NCBI GenBank assembly: GCA_045046875.1 | Contig: JASFYY010000030.1 | Location: 1 to 64,000 of the forward strand | Reading direction: 5' to 3' | DNA length: 64,000 nucleotides | DNA from: Verrucomicrobiota bacterium | Lineage (GTDB): Bacteria > Verrucomicrobiota > Verrucomicrobiia > Verrucomicrobiales > DEV007 | Part shown: piece by piece, positions 59,809 to 64,000 of the stretch | How positions within the stretch are numbered: position 1 is the first letter of the stretch | Layout: every line of letters starts with the position of its first letter | The notes under the pieces: generated by a model | The model's input: the letters and a program-made list of their open reading frames with translations, nothing else | Database searches by the model: none | What the model was told of the DNA's origin: nothing | Program-made: the position numbers and the translations under genes

Positions 59809-60153
59809 TTAATCGAGGTCGCTGAACTCACTGGCTCCTTCACGGAACTGCATATACTCGAACACCGCGCCGTCTTTCATAAAAAAAGCAACCTGCAAGC
59901 CTTCCATCGGAGTGAAAGGCTCGAGAATCACGTCCTCTCCTTCCAAGGCCGCGTGAATGTCATCCACCCGGAATCCCACATGCGGCATATCACGCAAAGG
60001 GCCGGTCACCGGTGAATCCTTCTCAAAGCGTAAATATTCAACCCGCATAGGATGATTCTCCGGCCGGGTGACCCACACCTTGGTATCAGCGACATAAGTT
60101 TCGCCTGGTTGAACCTCGTCTGTGGGCATTCCTATATGGTGAAAAATTTTCAT
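59809..60153 (-). CDS. VOC/glyoxalase-like protein
   Basis: HHIG, HVGFRVDDI, FEYMQ. Confidence 0.7.
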   Translation of the reverse strand: MKIFHHIGMPTDEVQPGETYVADTKVWVTRPENHPMRVEYLRFEKDSPVTGPLRDMPHVGFRVDDIHAALEGEDVILEPFTPMEGLQVAFFMKDGAVFEYMQFREGASEFSDLD

Positions 60154-60215
60154 GGTGACAAATGCCTACACCCTTCTTTTCCCGCTGTCATCTATTGGAA
60201 GCTGATAAGCGCCAT

Positions 60216-61331
60216 TTATAAATGTTTGGCAAAGCTCTGACGAGTTCGCTGCCACATTTCAGGCGAGAGCACATGACCCGCTCCTGGCTCTATATAGTGC
60301 GTAAACTGATCCGGCACCCCTACTCGTTGATAGGCCGCGGCAATTCGGCTCACTCCCTTTTTAGCTTCTTCGATCGGACTGCCTCCATCCAACTCTCCTA
60401 AATTCAAATGCAGCGCCCGAGGTGCGATCAACGATGCGATCTCCGGGGTATCACCATACTGCAACCAACCGGGGACAAAATTGGGAAAACAGTGCAGCAG
60501 TTCGTGTTTGCGAATCGCTTCATAGGTCGGCAGACAGCAATTTCCAACCACACACTTGATGCGCGGTTCCCATGGACCCACCAACCAGGCATGGGTTGAT
60601 CCCATCGAGTGACCATAACAGCCGATGCGTTGATCATCGACTTCGGCGCGGCTGCAGAGGTAGTCGATCGCCCGGCGCATATCGAGAATACTTTTCCATG
60701 CCAGGGATTGTCCCTTGAGCACATATTCGAGAAACATGAAACGTTCGTAGTTGCCTTTTTTCAACTTTCCACCTGGATCCTGGCGTTCCTCGAAACACAA
60801 AGCATCAGGACACAAAACCACATAACCCTCTTTGACCAAAGCCACTCCGGTATGATGCATCGGATTGCCTTCGAGGCCCGCCGGTTCGCTTTTGCCCAGA
60901 TGATACTGACCCGCATGCTGGTGCCACACCGCAACAGCCGGTGCCGGGTGCTTCGCATCCACTCCGTCGGGGATCAAGAGCATCGCGGGCACAGCGTCCC
61001 CCGCTTCGACTTCGTAGGTCAGGGATTCAATTCGATAACCATCCTTTTGAATGGTTTTTCTTAATTGGGGTTTCAAATCACCCGGCTGCGGCCAGGCACC
61101 TCCCAAACATTCCCCCAATGCTTTTAACATTTGCTCAGGTTTCATTTTATCAATAAGGGGTTCCCCCCTTGGCTCGGATGGCTCGGATGGCTCGGCAGCA
61201 TTGGTTGACGAAGTCTGAAAAACCAGATTGCCTGCGCACAAAGAGGCCGCTCCCTTGAGCGTAGTAGACTTCAAAAACTGACGCCGATCAACAGCGTCAG
61301 AAGTGGAATTGCAGTCGTTCTGCTTCGGCAT
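60216..61331 (-). CDS. Tat-exported dienelactone-hydrolase-like alpha/beta hydrolase
   Basis: DRRQFLK; GHSMG. Confidence 0.8.
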   Translation of the reverse strand: MPKQNDCNSTSDAVDRRQFLKSTTLKGAASLCAGNLVFQTSSTNAAEPSEPSEPRGEPLIDKMKPEQMLKALGECLGGAWPQPGDLKPQLRKTIQKDGYRIESLTYEVEAGDAVPAMLLIPDGVDAKHPAPAVAVWHQHAGQYHLGKSEPAGLEGNPMHHTGVALVKEGYVVLCPDALCFEERQDPGGKLKKGNYERFMFLEYVLKGQSLAWKSILDMRRAIDYLCSRAEVDDQRIGCYGHSMGSTHAWLVGPWEPRIKCVVGNCCLPTYEAIRKHELLHCFPNFVPGWLQYGDTPEIASLIAPRALHLNLGELDGGSPIEEAKKGVSRIAAAYQRVGVPDQFTHYIEPGAGHVLSPEMWQRTRQSFAKHL

Positions 61332-61405
61332 GAATCAGCATTTGAAAGAATTGTCAAACAATAGGCGTTTCACAACATAAGAGAAAGGGGCGAGATCACA
61401 TCCCC

Positions 61406-62614
61406 CTACTTGCCCTTGTTCCAGATAATGTGTGTGCCGGATTTCCCTGGCACCACCACCTCTTTCCAACCATCACCATCCATGTCGATCACGCGAATCT
61501 GCAAACCAATGCCAGGCGCTTTCCCCGATTCTCCCTGGGCAATTTTTTTGGGCTTGGACCAAGTTTGCGCTTCGCCATCCCAATCATAATAATGCACCGT
61601 GGCTTTGTCCCCCGATCCTGGATCACTTCCTGAGTGGGCAAAATAACGTTTACCGGTGATCAACTCGGGCTGACCATCATTGTCGATATCCTCCCACGCC
61701 AGCGCATGCGCTTGGGAGAATTTTTTATCGATCTCATGGATCCTCCAAGTGGTTTGACCATTCTTTTGTGTGTCCTGCTGTTCCATCCAGTAAACGCCGT
61801 AGTTGTGGCCGTCGGCCCAGATGATGTCATTTTTGCCGTCTTTGTTAAGATCGACAACCAACGAAGGGCAACTGCCGTGAGGCATGGTGAAATCATTGTG
61901 GTATTTCCACGCAGAGGCAGTCGGACCCGCCGCCGGTTGTTCATACCAGCCATCTTTATACAGAATATCTTGTTTGCCGTCGCCGTTGATATCGCCAAAA
62001 CCCATACCGTGTCCATTGCCGCTGGCGGAAATAGTGTGTTTTTTCAACACCGGCTTGCCTTCGCCGTCTTTGGCAAAAGTCCACATATCCATCGGACTGT
62101 CATCCTTCCAACTGTTCTCAAAATACTCAGGTTTGCCGTCACCGTCGATATCGTGCAAATAACTGATCTCGTTGTGGGATGTTCCGGTATCCGCTAACAA
62201 ATGACCTTTCCAGCCCTCCCCCTCATATTTGCCTTTGCCCGGATTTTCATACCAAAAAACCTCGCTGACCGTAAATCCACCAGCCACCACATCCAAATCG
62301 CCGTCACCATCCACATCCAGCAGGTGGTCCGAATTGTTCATCATGTAGTCCTTGCCAAAAGTTTCCAGAGTGCGGATTTTCAGACCTTTGAAATCCGGTG
62401 CCGCATACCAGTATTCTCCAGCGACCACATCCAATTTGCCATCACCGTTGATATCCCCCACGGCCACGCCTTCATTGTTATCCATCCGCAACTGCTGCAC
62501 CTTGAACTTCAAACCTGCCGGTTTTTTACCTTTTACCGCTTTAGGAGCCGCGATCAATGTTCCAGCAGACAACAGGGCGATCGATAACATTGGGATTATT
62601 TTCTTCATCTTCAT
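61406..62614 (-). CDS. Secreted FG-GAP/VCBS-repeat protein
   Basis: Signal peptide; about seven DxNGDGxxD repeats. Confidence 0.82.
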   Translation of the reverse strand: MKMKKIIPMLSIALLSAGTLIAAPKAVKGKKPAGLKFKVQQLRMDNNEGVAVGDINGDGKLDVVAGEYWYAAPDFKGLKIRTLETFGKDYMMNNSDHLLDVDGDGDLDVVAGGFTVSEVFWYENPGKGKYEGEGWKGHLLADTGTSHNEISYLHDIDGDGKPEYFENSWKDDSPMDMWTFAKDGEGKPVLKKHTISASGNGHGMGFGDINGDGKQDILYKDGWYEQPAAGPTASAWKYHNDFTMPHGSCPSLVVDLNKDGKNDIIWADGHNYGVYWMEQQDTQKNGQTTWRIHEIDKKFSQAHALAWEDIDNDGQPELITGKRYFAHSGSDPGSGDKATVHYYDWDGEAQTWSKPKKIAQGESGKAPGIGLQIRVIDMDGDGWKEVVVPGKSGTHIIWNKGK

Positions 62615-62740
62615 GGGGAATACTAGAGCACAAATCATCCGGCATTCCTAATGGCTAATTATTAATTCCAATTGTTCAGCCACCCTGCTTGCCTTTTGTG
62701 GCAATCGAAAGCATACTGGAACGGCTATAGCCTTCATTTT

Positions 62741-63961
62741 ATGAGCGAAAATCCAACCGCCAAAACACCTTTCAGTCCGATCGAAGAAGTCATCGCCGAC
62801 ATCGCAGCCGGACGCATGGTGGTCGTCACCGATGATGCCGATCGCGAGAACGAAGGCGACCTGATTGCCGCCGCAGATAAGATCACTCCGGAAATGATCA
62901 ATTTCATGATCACCCATGGGCGCGGACTGATCTGCGCACCGCTGATGCCCGATGCGGTGCAACGCCTCGACCTGCCGCCGATGGCTCGCCGCAATACAGA
63001 GAAATACGGCACCGCCTTCACGGTTGCCGTGGATGCGCGCGAAGGCATCAGCACTGGTATCAGTGCTCCTGACCGGGCCCGCACCATTCAGATTTTAGCC
63101 GATCCCAATTCGGCTCCCGACGATCTGGTTCAACCCGGCCATATCCTACCATTGCAAGCCCGTCCCGGCGGCGTTTTGCGCAGAGCCGGTCACACCGAGG
63201 CCGCCGTCGATCTTGCCCGCTTGGCCGGTTGCCAGCCTGCAGGAGTTATCTGCGAAATCCTCAATGACAGCGGCACCATGGCGAGGCTGCCGGACTTGGT
63301 TATTTTTGCAAAAAAACACGGCTTGAAAATCTGCTCAATCGAAGCCCTGATCGACTACCGGCGCAGCCGCGAAAAACTGGTGGAACGCCTCGAGACGATC
63401 AACATGCCAACGGACTATGGCGATTTCAAGCTCAACCTCTATCGCTCCGTTTACGATGAAGGCGATAACCATCTGGCGCTGGTCAAAGGAAACATCGATG
63501 CCGATACTCCCGTTTTGGTTCGTGTTCACAGCGAATGCCTCACCGGCGATGTTTTTGGCTCGCGGCGCTGTGATTGCGGAGGGCAGTTGCATGCCGCCAT
63601 GCGCTCCATCGAAAAAGCAGAATCCGGCGTATTGGTTTACCTCAAACAAGAAGGTCGCGGCATCGGCCTGGCCAACAAAATCCACGCTTACAAACTTCAG
63701 GAAGAAGGATTCGACACCGTCGAAGCTAATGAAAAACTCGGGTTCCCGATGGACTTAAGAGACTACGGCCTGGGTGCTCAAATCCTCTACGATCTCGGAG
63801 TGCGCAAGATGCGACTGATGACCAACAACCCACGCAAAATCATCGGCCTCGAAGGGCATCACCTCACCATCGTCGAGCAAGTGCCGGTCGTCATCGACCC
63901 CAATGAGCACAATCAAAAATACCTGCAAACCAAAAAAGAAAAAATGGGCCACCTGCTCTAA
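62741..63961 (+). CDS. ribBA: Bifunctional DHBP synthase / GTP cyclohydrolase II
   Basis: [38 protein letters not shown]. Confidence 0.96.
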   Translation: MSENPTAKTPFSPIEEVIADIAAGRMVVVTDDADRENEGDLIAAADKITPEMINFMITHGRGLICAPLMPDAVQRLDLPPMARRNTEKYGTAFTVAVDAREGISTGISAPDRARTIQILADPNSAPDDLVQPGHILPLQARPGGVLRRAGHTEAAVDLARLAGCQPAGVICEILNDSGTMARLPDLVIFAKKHGLKICSIEALIDYRRSREKLVERLETINMPTDYGDFKLNLYRSVYDEGDNHLALVKGNIDADTPVLVRVHSECLTGDVFGSRRCDCGGQLHAAMRSIEKAESGVLVYLKQEGRGIGLANKIHAYKLQEEGFDTVEANEKLGFPMDLRDYGLGAQILYDLGVRKMRLMTNNPRKIIGLEGHHLTIVEQVPVVIDPNEHNQKYLQTKKEKMGHLL

Positions 63962-64000
63962 GCCTAAACTCCTGAATCCTCCTTCCAATGAGCGACCAAG

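Noticed and set aside
62615..62740. FMN riboswitch upstream of ribBA
   Set aside because: Short divergent intergenic region with no RFN consensus visible.
1..64000. CRISPR arrays, tRNA/rRNA genes, IS transposases, integrases
   Set aside because: None recognised by eye; no covariance-model search was run.

Overview
A 64-kb bacterial chromosomal segment. PVC-type gene content (DUF1501, DUF1080, planctomycete-type cytochrome c domains, sulfatase, ASPIC/UnbV) suggests Verrucomicrobiota; this is an inference. Most of the window is housekeeping (rpsA, hisC, mnmE, htpG, fabG, pgl, rsmI, lptE, bamD-like, ribBA, SNF2 helicase) and carbohydrate/redox genes. The main discovery is an apparently complete 8,405-bp filamentous prophage (inovirus) at 42509-50941. 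It encodes an HUH rolling-circle Rep, a pV-like protein, a major coat protein, small hydrophobic ORFs, a pIII-like adhesin, pVI, a Zot/pI ATPase, a pIV secretin and an Xis-like HTH protein, but no integrase. It is bounded by a 26/27-identical direct repeat with dif architecture (11-6-11; minus strand ACTTCGCACAA-TACATG-TAATGTGAAAT), so it most likely integrated at the terminus dif site using host XerCD. A visual change in G/C skew and converging KOPS-like octamers are consistent with this being the replication terminus. Also present: a cluster of Gfo/Idh/MocA oxidoreductases (two Tat-exported) with cytochrome c proteins, a frameshifted DUF1080 gene and REP-like palindromes. All calls come from motif recognition by eye; no database searches were run.
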